From positions 96,001 through 160,000 of the IMG/VR virus record IMGVR_UViG_3300028735_000004: a DNA stretch of 64,000 nt. One strand, 5' to 3'. Position numbers and translations under genes: made by a program. The notes beneath the pieces are model-generated. The model saw nothing but the letters and a program-made list of their open reading frames with translations, was not told the DNA's origin and made no database searches. Of the stretch, positions 52,789-63,198 are shown piece after piece (position 1 is the first letter of the stretch; each line of letters starts with the position of its first letter). The DNA comes from a virus (lineage: Duplodnaviria; Caudoviricetes).

Positions 52789-55700
52789 CGATAACTTTCT
52801 GTAGGGTAATATGGGTTAAGTGGATTAATTTTTTTAATTTCTAACAATTGACGAAACATTTGAGACCATTCATTAGCTAAATCATCTAAACCAAAATGAG
52901 ATATTGCATATTGTTGTGATCTTATTCTATCACTATCATCATCATCAGTTAATGCTTTAACTGCTGCTTCAATAAAGGCATTTTTATAACTTTCACTTGT
53001 CCAATCTCCAGGTATCAAAACACCTCTATCACCAACTGTCTCATTAATTGCAGCAATTGAACTTCCAACAAATCGCAAACCTGCTGCTTGAGCTTCCATA
53101 CCACCTATATAACTCGTTTCTGAAAACCAAGTTGGATATAATATAACTCCAGATGATAAAAATTCATCTGCAAGTTGTTTTTGATTTACACGATCGTGAT
53201 AAACAACTCCTTGATTTTGTAATTCAAATATTTTATTTTTTAAATATTGAATTAAATTTTTATGCTCTGGATTAAATTGTGCCGAATATTCCCAATTTTT
53301 AAATCCATAAAACAAATGTAATTCTGCTTCTGGAACGCGCTCTTTTATTTTCGGCCAAATATCTAATAATACCGGCCAAGAACGATCTGGACTGCTGGAG
53401 TTAATTGCTTTAAATTTATTTCTTGGAAGTTTCTTATTAAATCTATTTAAATCAATACCATTTCTTGATACAATAATATGATCTGGATGAACATTATGAA
53501 CATTAATTAGATTTTGTTTATGCCAGTGAGATAGTGCTATAATACGATCTGCTTTTAACAATAATTCATTATTTGCATTTAAAGCAAATACATCGTGAAC
53601 CCAAAGTAATTTTAATTTAGCAGAAATATTATATCGATCTTCAAGCATATTAGCTTGTCTTGAAATAATTAATACATCGCATTCTAAATCTTGAAATTTA
53701 TTAGACTGATAATATTCAACTCCATCATAAATTCCTTCGCCGTGTTCTCCGCAGCTATTATAAAGTCTAACTCTGTGGCCACTTAATGCCAATCTTTTAG
53801 CCATTTCAAGAGCCATTAATTCACTACCACCAATACCAGTATTTCTAACAGTTAATGGGCTCCAAGTTTCCACGCCGTCTCCGCAATAAATAATAATATC
53901 TAATTTATTATTATTTGATGGTGATTGTAAATATCCTTCGGCCAAAATATTACCTTGATTTTCTACATCTTTGGCACCACTTGCTAAAGAAACAAAACTA
54001 TCTTTAACCCAGAATCCGGCTTTTCGCAAATTATCAGCTACCGTCCAAACAGTTGGCGCAACAATACGACTCTTTAAATGAGGAGTTAACCAATTTTTAC
54101 CTTCTTTTTCTAAATTCCAAGGATCGGCGAATTCAACATATTGACCTCGCATCCAAGCCCCATAAGGAGTGCATAATAAAATTTTACCATTAGATTTTAG
54201 CATTTTAGCAGCCGGAACTAACATATCATTAACCGGATCTATTAAATGCTCATATGTATCAGAACTTAAAACATAATCAAATTTATCTTGTATTTTTTGT
54301 TCCATATCTTTAAATAAAGAACATACATAAGTTGCATTTGTATTAAATTCTTCGGCTTTTCTTTTAGCAAGATCAATAGATGTTTGTATTGCATCGACAC
54401 CGACTACTTTATGTCCTAATAAACCGTATCTATTAGTGAAACTACCGTCCATACATCCAAGATCTAATATAAAACTATTTGGCTCTAATCTTGACGCCAT
54501 TATATGAAATCTTTGTCCTTCTTGAGTATCTAAACTTAAAGGAAATGGTAATAAAATTCCAGATTCTACATTTGGATTAATAGGTGTGTTTAAGGAGATA
54601 AATTTATCTTTATCATTATTCCAATCAAGATATTTTTTTGTCATTGATAATGCTTTTATTGTTTCAGCAGTATGTCTAACATAATATGGAGCATTTTCTA
54701 AAAACGAAATAGCAGATAATACCTCATCATTAACTATATATTGCTTCCAAATCATAAGTACAACGGCCTGCAATTGCTCTTTACTTAATTTTAATGGATA
54801 ACTTGAAAAATCATAAACATTAGGTATTTTCCAATCAAATTCAGATTTTCCAACTTTAGCAACTGGAAATTTATTTTCAAAAACAACACCTTCTTCTGGT
54901 AAAGGTTGATTATTAATAGCGGCTAAAATAACATTAATATTTTCTTTATTAATGGTATTATTGCTAACTAATGTATTTAGATTTTTAACAATTTCTTGAC
55001 GAGCCAAAAAATCTTCATAGATTTTTTTATTAGTTAAAAAATAAGGATCTTCTGGTTGAGCCTTCATACCAGTTAAAACACTTTCTAATGCGCCTTTAAC
55101 ATCACCTATTTTATTTAAAGCTAAATTTAAATATTTATGAATTTCGGCATCACGCTCAATTGGATTAATAAATAATAATGTTTTAGTTGGTGGTAATTTT
55201 AATCCAGTTTGAGCAAAATAAGCGCATCGTTCCCAGTTTCTTTGCTCATCATTACCGCCATTTAATGCAAGAAAATAAAAAGCTTTAGCAAGAGCAAAAT
55301 ATCCCTCTGCCCAATTTTCTTTAATTTCAATTGCTTTAAATCCCCATTTAATACATTCGTTATATTTTTTTAAATCAAAATAAATATCAACAAGTTTCAG
55401 ACAAGCCATAACGCGCTCATCTTCCCATCCAGAAACTTCTATATATTTTGTTAAATGTTCGATAGATTCATCAATCATTCCAACATTAGCATATTCTAAA
55501 CCCAAATAATATCTTTGTCTTGCATCAGTATCACCAATTTTTTCAAAATAGGCTTTTAAAATTCGTAAGTTTCTTCCAGATTCAAATGTTTTAGTGCTGT
55601 ATTGACGCTGATGTTTAAATACTAATTCTTCTCGTGGCACTAATGAAATTCTTTTATTATTGTCAGGAACTGCTACTTCGTGAACTGGATTGGTCCATTT

Positions 55701-56156
55701 AAATAAATTTTTATCTGAAAATAATCTTTCTCTGTAATGTTTGCAGGTGCATTGTCCTGCCGCATTATATGAATACTCATACGGAAATAAAAATGCAATT
55801 CCATCTAATTGAAAAACATCTTTATTTTTTTCATATTCTTCAACTATATTTTTTAATTTATCCATACCGTCAATAATATCATCACCATCTAACCACATTA
55901 CCCAAGATTTAGTGGCTAAATCAAATGATCTTTGACGAGCTTGAGAAAAATTTTCAATTAATCCTGTTTCTGGATTATTACAATCAGTATATACTTCAAA
56001 AATATCTGCATATTTTTTAGCTACTTCTTGCGTTCCATCCGTAGACCCGGTATCAACAATAACGATCTCTTCAACATAATCTCTAATTGATTTTAGACAT
56101 TTTTCTAAAAGTGGTTCATTTTTAACAATAATACAAGCTGATACTGGTGCTTTCAT
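52785..56156 (-). CDS. Multidomain GT2 - TPR - SAM methyltransferase - GT4 fusion
   Basis: 1123 aa. IVIVDTGSTDGT/WLDGDD (GT2); YYLGLEY and EGYFALAKAF (TPR); ILDLGCMDG (MTase); GIGGSE...SSPDRS...ETSYIGGMEAQA (GT-B). Confidence 0.9.
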   Translation of the reverse strand: MKAPVSACIIVKNEPLLEKCLKSIRDYVEEIVIVDTGSTDGTQEVAKKYADIFEVYTDCNNPETGLIENFSQARQRSFDLATKSWVMWLDGDDIIDGMDKLKNIVEEYEKNKDVFQLDGIAFLFPYEYSYNAAGQCTCKHYRERLFSDKNLFKWTNPVHEVAVPDNNKRISLVPREELVFKHQRQYSTKTFESGRNLRILKAYFEKIGDTDARQRYYLGLEYANVGMIDESIEHLTKYIEVSGWEDERVMACLKLVDIYFDLKKYNECIKWGFKAIEIKENWAEGYFALAKAFYFLALNGGNDEQRNWERCAYFAQTGLKLPPTKTLLFINPIERDAEIHKYLNLALNKIGDVKGALESVLTGMKAQPEDPYFLTNKKIYEDFLARQEIVKNLNTLVSNNTINKENINVILAAINNQPLPEEGVVFENKFPVAKVGKSEFDWKIPNVYDFSSYPLKLSKEQLQAVVLMIWKQYIVNDEVLSAISFLENAPYYVRHTAETIKALSMTKKYLDWNNDKDKFISLNTPINPNVESGILLPFPLSLDTQEGQRFHIMASRLEPNSFILDLGCMDGSFTNRYGLLGHKVVGVDAIQTSIDLAKRKAEEFNTNATYVCSLFKDMEQKIQDKFDYVLSSDTYEHLIDPVNDMLVPAAKMLKSNGKILLCTPYGAWMRGQYVEFADPWNLEKEGKNWLTPHLKSRIVAPTVWTVADNLRKAGFWVKDSFVSLASGAKDVENQGNILAEGYLQSPSNNNKLDIIIYCGDGVETWSPLTVRNTGIGGSELMALEMAKRLALSGHRVRLYNSCGEHGEGIYDGVEYYQSNKFQDLECDVLIISRQANMLEDRYNISAKLKLLWVHDVFALNANNELLLKADRIIALSHWHKQNLINVHNVHPDHIIVSRNGIDLNRFNKKLPRNKFKAINSSSPDRSWPVLLDIWPKIKERVPEAELHLFYGFKNWEYSAQFNPEHKNLIQYLKNKIFELQNQGVVYHDRVNQKQLADEFLSSGVILYPTWFSETSYIGGMEAQAAGLRFVGSSIAAINETVGDRGVLIPGDWTSESYKNAFIEAAVKALTDDDDSDRIRSQQYAISHFGLDDLANEWSQMFRQLLEIKKINPLNPYYPTESYR

Positions 56157-56225
56157 TCTTTAATTCCAATATGTTAAAATCTAACTTGTATATAACAAAA
56201 ACAATTTAGGTAAATTATTTTAATT

Positions 56226-58445
56226 TTAACCAATTAATTTCATATAGAAATAAGTGCCAGTTGGAGAGTAAGCAATGCCAGAACCGCCGCCGCCTTTAAT
56301 TTGTCCAGTAATACCAGGAATATCCAAGAAACGAGTGTAAGTTTCGATGCTGGTACCAGATGGAATATAAACAAGATAGTTTTGTGAAGCGCTTACATTT
56401 CTGGCACCAGTTGCAGCTGATAAATTAACATAAGTTACTGACTGATCAATAGGTGTTCCGCTACCATAACCACGCCTATCGTTTCCTCCAGTTGCACCAA
56501 GGAATTGTTGAATTTCAATGTTTACACCAGATGGTAATCCAGTGAAATTAATTTTTGTGCTAACTTCATAATAACCAGATTTATTAACTTGAATCCAGCC
56601 AGCAGCAGTTCCAACGCTTGTGGCAGATAAAGCGCCTGAACTATAAATTATTCCGTTATTCCATTTTATCATACCGCCAGAAGCACCGCCGGAAATAATG
56701 TTGGCACCAGTGATACCTACTTTAATAAAATGATTAAAATTATTAATGTTAACTGAATTTCCAGGACCAGTTGTGCCTTCTAACGCTCCATTTAAATTAA
56801 TAGTATTAAATGGTCCGAGTGTAAGTCCGTTATTTTGAATCCAAATAGTGCTGGCTCCGTTAACTCCAGCAGGCCCGATACTTCCGGTTGGTCCTACGGT
56901 TCCAGTTGGTCCGGCAGGTCCAGTTGGTCCGGCAGGTCCGGTTGGTCCGGCAGGTCCGGTTGGTCCAGGAGCACCGTTTGGAGCTTCATTCCAATATAAA
57001 TTACCGCTTCCATCAGTTAATAATACTGATCCAGATGCGCCGATATTTCCTGGTAAGCGTAAAGTAAATGATGCGACAGATGATCCTACTTGTAGATACA
57101 TCATACCGCTACCACGCACGGATCTTAATGCTACATATGGTCCGGCATCAACTGGATCTCTTCCGATTTCTGAAATAAATGTTGCAACGCCAGATGCGCT
57201 ATTAAAGAACTGTACTGATCCATAAAGATTTGCCGTTCCTGCTGGAGCTGGAATAGATAAAATAATATCTCCAGGTTGTCTATTATTACCAGTAGCACTT
57301 GCATTTGGTTCTTGGCTTTTAATTTCAATATTCCAGGTTTGAGCGTTTGATTGTACTGCTGATTTTGTAATTAAGAAGTGATTAGATGATACTATACCAT
57401 CGCCCTCACCTAATAATAAAGTATTATTTCCTGGATTTAATTTAATGCTTGCACCGTTATCAATACTTAATACTGTTGAATTAACGTCTTGTACAGCGAA
57501 GTGCCCTCCGAACTCTACCCAGGTTCCAGAAGTATTCGTATTTCCAAGTTTAATAACATCTATTGTAGATTGACGGCCATAACTTAACATTGGCCAAGGA
57601 TTTCCGCTATTATTCAAATAAGTAATAAATGGATATAAAACTTCCTGTTCAGGTCTTGGTAGTCTAATAAATCCAGATGGGGCGGCAGATGCTACGGTAT
57701 TATAGAATACAAGTCCTGCTGAAGGAACTGTAATAGCTCCACTTAATCCACCAAGATTGCTTATTCTTGGAGTCGTAGCGGTTGAGTTTGATCCTTGAAA
57801 ATCTCCATTTAATGCAATTAAGCCTGGAGTTGCGGAAGATGCGAAAGTTGCACCGCCGCCGACGACGCCGGGGCCGGGTGGACCTTGTGGTCCTGTAGCT
57901 CCTTGTGGTCCTGTGGCTCCTGTAACTCCTGGAGATCCCTGGGCTCCTTGAGGACCAGTAACTCCTTGTGGACCTTGAGGACCTGTAGCTCCTGTAACTC
58001 CTGGAGATCCCTGGGCTCCTTGAGGACCTGTAGCTCCTTGTGGACCCTGAGGACCAGTAGCTCCTGTAACTCCCGGAGATCCTTGAACTCCTTGAGGACC
58101 TTGTGGTCCTGTAGCTCCTGTAACTCCTGGGCTACCTTGAATTCCCTGTGGACCCTGAGGGCCAGTAGCTCCTGGAGATCCTTGAGGACCCACACTACCA
58201 GTTGGTCCCGGTGGTCCTCCAGCGGGTCCGGTTGGTCCCATAGGACCAGTTGGACCTACTCCACCAATAATATAAATATCAGCAATTGGACCTGTAGCAG
58301 ATCCGGTAACTCCAGGACCGTGAAAATTTAATCCTGTAAAATATCCTAAATCATAACCATCATTAGAAACAGAAATACCAGATCCTATCACACTACCGGA
58401 ACCTGTCATTACCCCTTTTATTTGTGATGGATTTATTTTACTCAT
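56226..58445 (-). CDS. Collagen-like virion fibre with C1q/BclA-like C-terminal domain
   Basis: 739 aa with two Gly-X-Y blocks rich in GxT; C-terminal [17 protein letters not shown] jelly-roll pattern. Confidence 0.88.
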   Translation of the reverse strand: MSKINPSQIKGVMTGSGSVIGSGISVSNDGYDLGYFTGLNFHGPGVTGSATGPIADIYIIGGVGPTGPMGPTGPAGGPPGPTGSVGPQGSPGATGPQGPQGIQGSPGVTGATGPQGPQGVQGSPGVTGATGPQGPQGATGPQGAQGSPGVTGATGPQGPQGVTGPQGAQGSPGVTGATGPQGATGPQGPPGPGVVGGGATFASSATPGLIALNGDFQGSNSTATTPRISNLGGLSGAITVPSAGLVFYNTVASAAPSGFIRLPRPEQEVLYPFITYLNNSGNPWPMLSYGRQSTIDVIKLGNTNTSGTWVEFGGHFAVQDVNSTVLSIDNGASIKLNPGNNTLLLGEGDGIVSSNHFLITKSAVQSNAQTWNIEIKSQEPNASATGNNRQPGDIILSIPAPAGTANLYGSVQFFNSASGVATFISEIGRDPVDAGPYVALRSVRGSGMMYLQVGSSVASFTLRLPGNIGASGSVLLTDGSGNLYWNEAPNGAPGPTGPAGPTGPAGPTGPAGPTGTVGPTGSIGPAGVNGASTIWIQNNGLTLGPFNTINLNGALEGTTGPGNSVNINNFNHFIKVGITGANIISGGASGGMIKWNNGIIYSSGALSATSVGTAAGWIQVNKSGYYEVSTKINFTGLPSGVNIEIQQFLGATGGNDRRGYGSGTPIDQSVTYVNLSAATGARNVSASQNYLVYIPSGTSIETYTRFLDIPGITGQIKGGGGSGIAYSPTGTYFYMKLIG
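56905..56966. repeat. 18-bp tandem repeat encoding (GPAGPT)n
   Basis: Three copies of gttggtccggcaggtccr plus a partial copy. Confidence 0.85.
57880..58260. repeat. Collagen-coding imperfect tandem repeats ([16 protein letters not shown]..)
   Basis: Recurrent ctcctgtaactcctggagatcc / ccttgaggacc units. Confidence 0.85.
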
Positions 58446-59044
58446 TAGTTTTTAATATAATAATCAGCAGTTATTACATCTACGGGTGATGGTGTTGTTG
58501 ATGGAGGTGTTACCATAATAATTCCAGTATATCCAGTGCCGGGACCTCCGCCCTCAAAAATAAAATAATCATCTAAAAACATTTGCTTTACACCGTTTTT
58601 ATAAACAATTATTTTATGATCAGCATCTTGAACGAAAGTGCCAAAAGGAATTGTAAAAATATTATTTACACCATCTACAACTCCAACCAATTGAACATCT
58701 TCTTTTTTAATATACGATAATTGAGAAGTAGAAACAGTTGTGCCAAAATCAACACCACATGCTTTTAAAAAAGCTTTTTGGTCCTCATTAAATTGTAATA
58801 AATTAATATCACTAAAAACTATAGTAATTTCATTTGCTAATAATTTATTTAAAAGCTCTCCTTTTAATAAAGAAGCTCTTATATCTGATTCACTAACACC
58901 AGGAATTGCCAATAAATCTCTTTCCTTACCAACAGGAATTGGATAATTGAAAATTTTAATTTCTTTATTTGAATTAGAAATAATATTTTTAACTACAAAA
59001 GATGTATTTCTTTTTTGGAAAGGAGCAAATCCATTCATACCCAT
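58445..59044 (-). CDS. Putative virion protein, coupled to the collagen fibre gene
   Basis: 199 aa; N-domain shared with the 25272 pseudogene; C-terminal [11 protein letters not shown]...[11 protein letters not shown] fibre-type module. Confidence 0.6.
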   Translation of the reverse strand: MGMNGFAPFQKRNTSFVVKNIISNSNKEIKIFNYPIPVGKERDLLAIPGVSESDIRASLLKGELLNKLLANEITIVFSDINLLQFNEDQKAFLKACGVDFGTTVSTSQLSYIKKEDVQLVGVVDGVNNIFTIPFGTFVQDADHKIIVYKNGVKQMFLDDYFIFEGGGPGTGYTGIIMVTPPSTTPSPVDVITADYYIKN

Positions 59045-59815
59045 TTAGTACCCCTTTTTAAATCTTTTATTTTTTTTATTTTTTTTCTTTTTATATGGAT
59101 ATGCTGCTTGAACCATTGGCATCATCATTGGCATAGGCATTGGCATCATCATTGGATACCCGTAAGGATGAGAGATATATTCATCTTCGTCATCATCTTC
59201 ATCGTCATCATCTTCAATAATTTTAGAATTAGATTGAAGTTGGATATTTTGATTATCGCTATGCTTGCTTAAATCTTGTTTATTATCGTATTTGCTATAT
59301 ATAGTTAATAACGATAATTTTTCGTCTTTGGATAATATTAAATCTCTAATTTATTTTTCGCTCATTTTTTGAATATCAGATGCAGTTAATCTATATCTTA
59401 AATATAACATTTCTTGCAAATAATTCATCTGTGGTTTAAAATAATCAAAATCTTTTTGATCTATTCTTAAAGTTCTATCCACTGCTGCGCTTAAAGTTCT
59501 ACAATAACTGTCAAGCCATTCTGGAGTACCTAAAAATTGTTCTTTAATATCATCAACAGCGGTTTTAACTTTAAAAAAAGTTTTTATTTGTTCAGATGTA
59601 TCCGTATCAATAAAAGGCTCGGACCTATGATAAAATTGTAAATTTCTTCTCGGATTAAACTCATTTTCTTGATTAATTCTACGAGTATCAAAAGCAACTT
59701 TTATCATTTTATTATTTAAAACAGATGCTCGTAATTCAAATATTTTTTTACGATTATCTATTTTATTTGATAATGAAGAAAGCGTATTATAAATATCTAT
59801 ATAATCAAATATCAT
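59045..59815 (-). pseudogene. Hypothetical protein interrupted by one in-frame TAA, with low-complexity C-tail
   Basis: After TAA 59351-59353 the frame continues 101 codons (IRDLILSKDEK...DDDDEDDDEDE...PMMMPMPMPMMMPM...KKKKNKKNKRFKKGY) to a TAA abutting the next ATG. Confidence 0.7.
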
Positions 59816-59872
59816 ATAAACCTACAAACTATTATTCTATAATATACTAAAATAATAGTATTATAAATTTAA

Positions 59873-60391
59873 TTAAATATCTAATTTCCAGTCCCAAATG
59901 CTAATTTTTTTAGTTCCAATATTATTTTGATTATAAATCGCCAATATACAGTCTTTTGGATATGGGGTAGTGCAGCCCTCAAAAGTTAATCTGCCTTTTA
60001 AAATTAAAGTATGTGAGAATGGATACACATAATCAATAAACCAATTAGATCCTACTGAAGCTGGAACTAAAAATGCTAAATAACGATCTGGATTTTTAAC
60101 AGCCCACATCGCACATTTATCCGACCAAGCAGATATATTTCCAAATGGAGGGTTTAACCATAAATTGCCGTCCAAATTATTCCAATCATATTCTAAAGAA
60201 TTTACATATAAAGCATTAGGATTGTTGCCAGGTTTAAAAGATAAATATTTATCTGTTTTAGCATTACCATCTTCTGCAGCTAAATCCCAAGATAATTTTC
60301 CAAATTTATTTTCTACGGCTTTAATTAAATCTTTTGGAGTTCCATAATTTTGTTTTGATTGACCTGGTTTTTGAATTGGCATTATTTTCAT
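59873..60391 (-). CDS. Phage-type DNA N6-adenine methyltransferase
   Basis: YGTPKDL, WDLAA, LWLNPPF, FLVPA, GRLTF. Confidence 0.85.
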   Translation of the reverse strand: MKIMPIQKPGQSKQNYGTPKDLIKAVENKFGKLSWDLAAEDGNAKTDKYLSFKPGNNPNALYVNSLEYDWNNLDGNLWLNPPFGNISAWSDKCAMWAVKNPDRYLAFLVPASVGSNWFIDYVYPFSHTLILKGRLTFEGCTTPYPKDCILAIYNQNNIGTKKISIWDWKLDI

Positions 60392-60414
60392 ATAAACTTT
60401 TATATCAATAAAGT

Positions 60415-62529
60415 TTATTTAATATTTTTAAAAATATAGATAGGTTCATATTTTTCTATACCAGCCGATTTATTTAAGTGAGATCTAACGGTTCTTAATT
60501 TAATCGTCTCTACTACCTCTCCAAAATAATCTTTAGTTATGTCTAACATTTTTTTATACTTATTAGTAATATTTAAGCCAAAATATCTGTTAGGTTTTAG
60601 CATATATTTAATATTACTTAATGTATTTTTCCAATAAGTATTATAAAAATAATCTTCTCCTTTATTATAAGCCTGCCTATCATCTTTAGAATAAACTTCT
60701 TGATCAAAATATGGCGGGCTGCTAAAACTGAAATCTATAGAGTTTTCATCTAATTTTACATTTTCAGAACCATCATTAATTAATGTAATATTCTCAAAAT
60801 TAAAATATTCTACTATTTTTTGAAGTTCATCAGTAGTCCAAGGATCGACACCAATATATTTCCTATTACAGCTTGCGGCCCCCAATAATCTGCCACCCCA
60901 TCCAGCCGAATAATCATAAACAATATCGCCCTCATTACTGTATTTCATATACATATATTTTGCTATATTTGGCTTAAATATAGATATACTTGGAACTAGT
61001 CTTGAAGATCTCATACCTTGAATTAACATACGAAAGCATATATTGAAAGTTTCATCATTATCTTCCTTATCCCACCAATCAAAGCCTAGCCTATTAATGA
61101 TTAATCTTTTAAGTTTAGCATCATCTTCAAAAACTTCTTTCATAGTTAATTTATTAAATTCTGTAGCATCGTAAAATTTATGACAAAAATATTTGCATAT
61201 ATCTGTGGCTAAAGAACTATTATTGAATAGTTCATTATTATTTAAATCTGGTTGCCATTGACATAATTTTTTATAACTATTATTGAGTTTTGATGGATTA
61301 TCAGGATATGTCCAGCCCTGCTTTCTAAAATATTCAAAAAGAGGCTCAACCAATGCCATTCTTTCATTATAATCTAATGTTTTAACATATTTAGAAGTTA
61401 TAGGCTTTCCATCAATTACTGCTATTTTTTCAAATAAATATTTACCATCTTTCATAATTTTGACCGCTGTTCTTGGGTAAATTGAATGATTTTTTGCTAT
61501 ATTTATAATGTTTTCATTATTATCAATTTTATTAATAATAATTTTCTTTTCCTCATCAGAAATTTTATATTCTTTTCTTGAAAATTTTCTATTATTTTGC
61601 TGCTCCATAAGATCGAGCATTTTTTGATATTTTCTATCTAATCTGGTATTAATTGTGGATGTATCATATAACCAATGCATTAATTTTAATACTTTTTCAT
61701 TACCATTAGATTCTAACTCATAAGTATTATTATTAGTTTTAGAAATGTAAGATAATCCAATATTAATATTTAATTGTTTAAAAATAATATCCTGTATTAC
61801 TAAACCACATTCTTTTGTAGTTGCTAATGACCATTTCCATTCATTATTTTCTCTTTTACAAATAGATCCATCTCCGTCAAACATACCTCTGATAAACGCA
61901 ATATTTAAATTTGCATCAAGCCATGATGGATATTTAATAATAAAACTTTTTGCTTGATGACAACCTAATTCATCTAATTTAGAAGACAAATGTTTACTAT
62001 ACATTTTAACAGTATAATATTCATATCCTTCTTTATTTTTAGTAAATGTTATCTTACTTTCTGGCAAATCTAAAAATTTAGATATCTTAATTAAATGATT
62101 TAAATCTAATGTTTGTAAAGATAGACTAACCGTATTGGTTTTGACACAATTATAAGCGTCTGCATATAAAAATCCTAACCAATAAGCCTTCTCTTCAGTA
62201 TCTATTTTATCAAATATATGCTGATTAAATTCAGTAAATCTATGAGAATCATTTTTTGATCTTAATTTTCCTGTTTTATCTACCCATTTTTGAATTCTTC
62301 TTTTATCAATTGAAAATTTAATTCCTAAATTTTTAGCCGAAACACCTTTATTATATAATTCACAAATATAATTTATTTTATCTTCATTGAACTCTTCTTT
62401 TAAAATACTCCAGTTATTTTGACCCAATACATCATTTATATATTGTATTGGTATATTTAATATTTTTGATATTCGTCTAATGGCAAAACCACTTTCAATC
62501 ATATGTTTGATTTGTAAATTATCCATCAT
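60415..62529 (-). CDS. LAGLIDADG endonuclease fused to an amino-DNA methyltransferase
   Basis: KAYWLGFLYADA and AFIRGMFDGDGS (two LAGLIDADG motifs); YDYSAGWGGRLLGA (SAM motif) and FSSPPYF (catalytic motif). Confidence 0.88.
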   Translation of the reverse strand: MMDNLQIKHMIESGFAIRRISKILNIPIQYINDVLGQNNWSILKEEFNEDKINYICELYNKGVSAKNLGIKFSIDKRRIQKWVDKTGKLRSKNDSHRFTEFNQHIFDKIDTEEKAYWLGFLYADAYNCVKTNTVSLSLQTLDLNHLIKISKFLDLPESKITFTKNKEGYEYYTVKMYSKHLSSKLDELGCHQAKSFIIKYPSWLDANLNIAFIRGMFDGDGSICKRENNEWKWSLATTKECGLVIQDIIFKQLNINIGLSYISKTNNNTYELESNGNEKVLKLMHWLYDTSTINTRLDRKYQKMLDLMEQQNNRKFSRKEYKISDEEKKIIINKIDNNENIINIAKNHSIYPRTAVKIMKDGKYLFEKIAVIDGKPITSKYVKTLDYNERMALVEPLFEYFRKQGWTYPDNPSKLNNSYKKLCQWQPDLNNNELFNNSSLATDICKYFCHKFYDATEFNKLTMKEVFEDDAKLKRLIINRLGFDWWDKEDNDETFNICFRMLIQGMRSSRLVPSISIFKPNIAKYMYMKYSNEGDIVYDYSAGWGGRLLGAASCNRKYIGVDPWTTDELQKIVEYFNFENITLINDGSENVKLDENSIDFSFSSPPYFDQEVYSKDDRQAYNKGEDYFYNTYWKNTLSNIKYMLKPNRYFGLNITNKYKKMLDITKDYFGEVVETIKLRTVRSHLNKSAGIEKYEPIYIFKNIK

Positions 62530-63110
62530 TCAATATTATTTAATTTTAAATAAACCCTATTAATCCATTCTTTAAATTCTGAAAAACTTCTTTCTCGTTT
62601 AGCATAATTACAATATTTACAACAAGCAACGCAGTTTTCTTTTGAATGATTTTTACTATTATCTATTCTATCTAAACCATTATAGATAAAATCTCCATTT
62701 TGTTTCATATTTTGAGAAGAAAATTTAGTTGAAGCATTTTGAATATTTGCTGGTAAATTTCCGCAATAAAAACAATTATTTTGAGATATTAAATAAAAAT
62801 CTTCAAATGGCATTTCTTTATATCTATTTTTCCATACTTTTCTCGCAGAAGCTTCAGCTGGAGAATATTTAATTTTTTTAGAATACATTTTATCAGCTCT
62901 TAAAGATCTTTGTTTATTATTCAAACAGCCGCAAGACTTGGTTCCAGAGCTTCTTAATTCTTCTGTTTTTATAACTTTAAAGTTACCGCAATCACACTTG
63001 CACAACCAGGCGGATCTTCCATTAATTGGATCTGCATAGTCGATTACAGATAATTGATTATATTTTTGATTAATAAGATTTAATCTCTTCATACAAAGAA
63101 GATATATCAA
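62526..63110 (-). CDS. HNH homing endonuclease
   Basis: WLCKCDCGN...SCGC; CFYCG...NGLDRIDNSKNHSKENCVACCKYCN; real start probably MKRLNL. Confidence 0.85.
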   Translation of the reverse strand: MIYLLCMKRLNLINQKYNQLSVIDYADPINGRSAWLCKCDCGNFKVIKTEELRSSGTKSCGCLNNKQRSLRADKMYSKKIKYSPAEASARKVWKNRYKEMPFEDFYLISQNNCFYCGNLPANIQNASTKFSSQNMKQNGDFIYNGLDRIDNSKNHSKENCVACCKYCNYAKRERSFSEFKEWINRVYLKLNNIE

Positions 63111-63147
63111 GCAATTTATTATTTGGGTTCAATAAATTAAAATAAAA

Positions 63148-63176
63148 GAAAAAGGCCGGATAAACCGACCTTTTTC
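63148..63176 (-). terminator. Intrinsic terminator after the capsid gene
   Basis: Minus strand GGTCGG-TTTAT-CCGGCC followed by TTTTTCTTTT. Confidence 0.8.
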
Positions 63177-63198
63177 ATATCTTATTAGTTATTTACGC

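Noticed and set aside
56848-58331. CRISPR array or overlapping genes in the GC-rich repeats
   Set aside because: Repeats are codon-phased Gly-X-Y with no unique spacers; the alternate-frame ORFs are shadows of the collagen gene
43756-58445. Eukaryotic giant virus origin suggested by collagen and sugar genes
   Set aside because: Contractile tail genes, Shine-Dalgarno sites, coupled operons and an intrinsic terminator indicate a bacteriophage
59015-59272. Plus-strand ORF with HHHWHRHWHHHW
   Set aside because: Antisense reading of the PMMMPM repeat in the minus-strand gene
60415-62529. Intein in the methyltransferase
   Set aside because: No Cys/Ser-start Hint block or His-Asn end seen; the endonuclease is N-terminal, not inserted
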